From the NCBI GenBank assembly GCA_965202585.1, contig OZ241828.1, positions 35,588,001 through 35,652,000 on the forward strand: 64,000 nucleotides of DNA, written 5' to 3'. Shown piece by piece: positions 62,896 to 64,000 of this stretch. Below the pieces are notes generated by a model. It was given only the letters and a program-made list of their open reading frames with translations, did no database searches and was not told the origin of the DNA. The position numbers and the translations under genes were made by a program. This DNA comes from Thalia democratica (taxonomy: Eukaryota). Position 1 is the first letter of the stretch. Every line of letters begins with the position of its first letter.

Positions 62896-64000
62896 CTGTA
62901 GTATGTAGTTATTGAAGAAAGTTTTGTTTGTTTATTTGTTTCAAGCATTTTTTACTTGAAATTAAAGTTAATAATTTACAACATAAGTAATGTGTTTTTT
63001 TTCCTTGTTTTTTTAAATTTATAATTAAACATTTTAGCCCACTATGTAAAATTTTCAAATCTTAATTGAATAATTTATTCTCTTTCTTTACTTATTTTAG
63101 TCTATTAAAACAATTTAATAAAAAAAATTGTTTGAAAATTTTAACTCAAATATTTTGTATGATCTAATCAAATATTAATGTCAAATGTATTCACTCTATT
63201 TGAAAAATTTGTACTTTGCAATTTGAGTTTTTCGTTTGTGTCATTAAAAATTTTCTTGATTAGTCTGCAGATTTAAATTAAAAAAAAAAGCTTAGTTTCA
63301 AACTAAAAATCGAAAGTTTTTTTTTCGAATTTATGAAATATTAATACCCGACATGTTTTAAAGTTTTAAAAATTATGGTTTTACATAGAAGTTTTAAAAC
63401 ATGTTAAGTGTTTTGAACTTGGCTTATTATAATCTTGTAATTGTAATATTTCAAACAGGTAAAGTTTTGTGTATTTAAAAGCTTCACTAAATTTGTCAAA
63501 GTGAATGTAATAAATAAAGAGTTTTTTATTAATTTTTTCTACATTACTAAAGTTAAAGACATGGTGTAGTGTAAAAGAAACATTGTCTAATTGCTAAACA
63601 ATTAAAACAAATATAATAATAGTTTAGTTTTAATTTTTGAAAAGCTTAAATATTAATCAATGCCTAAAAATATCTTATAAGAAATGTAAAAATTAAACAA
63701 AAAAAAACTTTGATAATTAAAATTACAATAGCTCCAACCAATAAAACATGCTTTCGTAAGAAAAAAACATGATAATTGTGCAACATTTTCCGGTTTTCTT
63801 CAAGAGATTTATAACAAATTTTAGGCTTAGTATGTTACCTTGCATAATTTTAGTAAAAAAATTAGTAGAAAATTTTGACAGTGGTAGCCTGCTTCATACA
63901 TAAACAACTGAGTATTGATTATGTAATATGACAAAATCAATAAATAAATCCAATGATCACGAAGTTTTTGCTTAAAAGGAAAGCTACTTAACAATGCTGT

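Larger units (their letters stand above)
54746..64000. repeat. GPCR segmental repeat, copy C (runs off the window)
   Basis: B-like up to ~59900; near-identical to A 18900-23000 afterwards. Confidence 0.9.

Overview
Very AT-rich eukaryotic (invertebrate animal, possibly tunicate; inference) DNA made of two adjacent tandem arrays of immune-type genes, all on the minus strand. (1) 1-12.9 kb: three C-type-lectin-domain (CTLD) genes with a C-terminal TM helix and no visible signal peptide. One is 5'-truncated, one has a premature stop and one is intact; the latter two lie in a ~6.7-kb tandem duplication with MITE/minisatellite insertions. (2) 12.95-64 kb: three ~20-21-kb tandem copies (A, B, C) of a multi-exon class A GPCR. 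I reconstructed 8 coding exons and 655 aa for copy A, with a giant ~165-aa second extracellular loop (a C3a-receptor-like hallmark) and a ~135-aa ICL3. Copy A is intact. Copy B has lost its start-codon/TM1 exon, which is replaced by a ~165-bp insert carrying a textbook minimal type I hammerhead ribozyme in the sense orientation; B also has an in-frame TAG that a newly created splice acceptor could bypass. Copy C (5' end outside the window) is a chimera, B-like at its 3' end and A-like at its 5' end. Two further hammerhead-like motifs sit in copy-specific insertions of copies C (a U3:A8 core variant) and A (degenerate). All alignments and RNA pairings were done by eye; no database searches were run.
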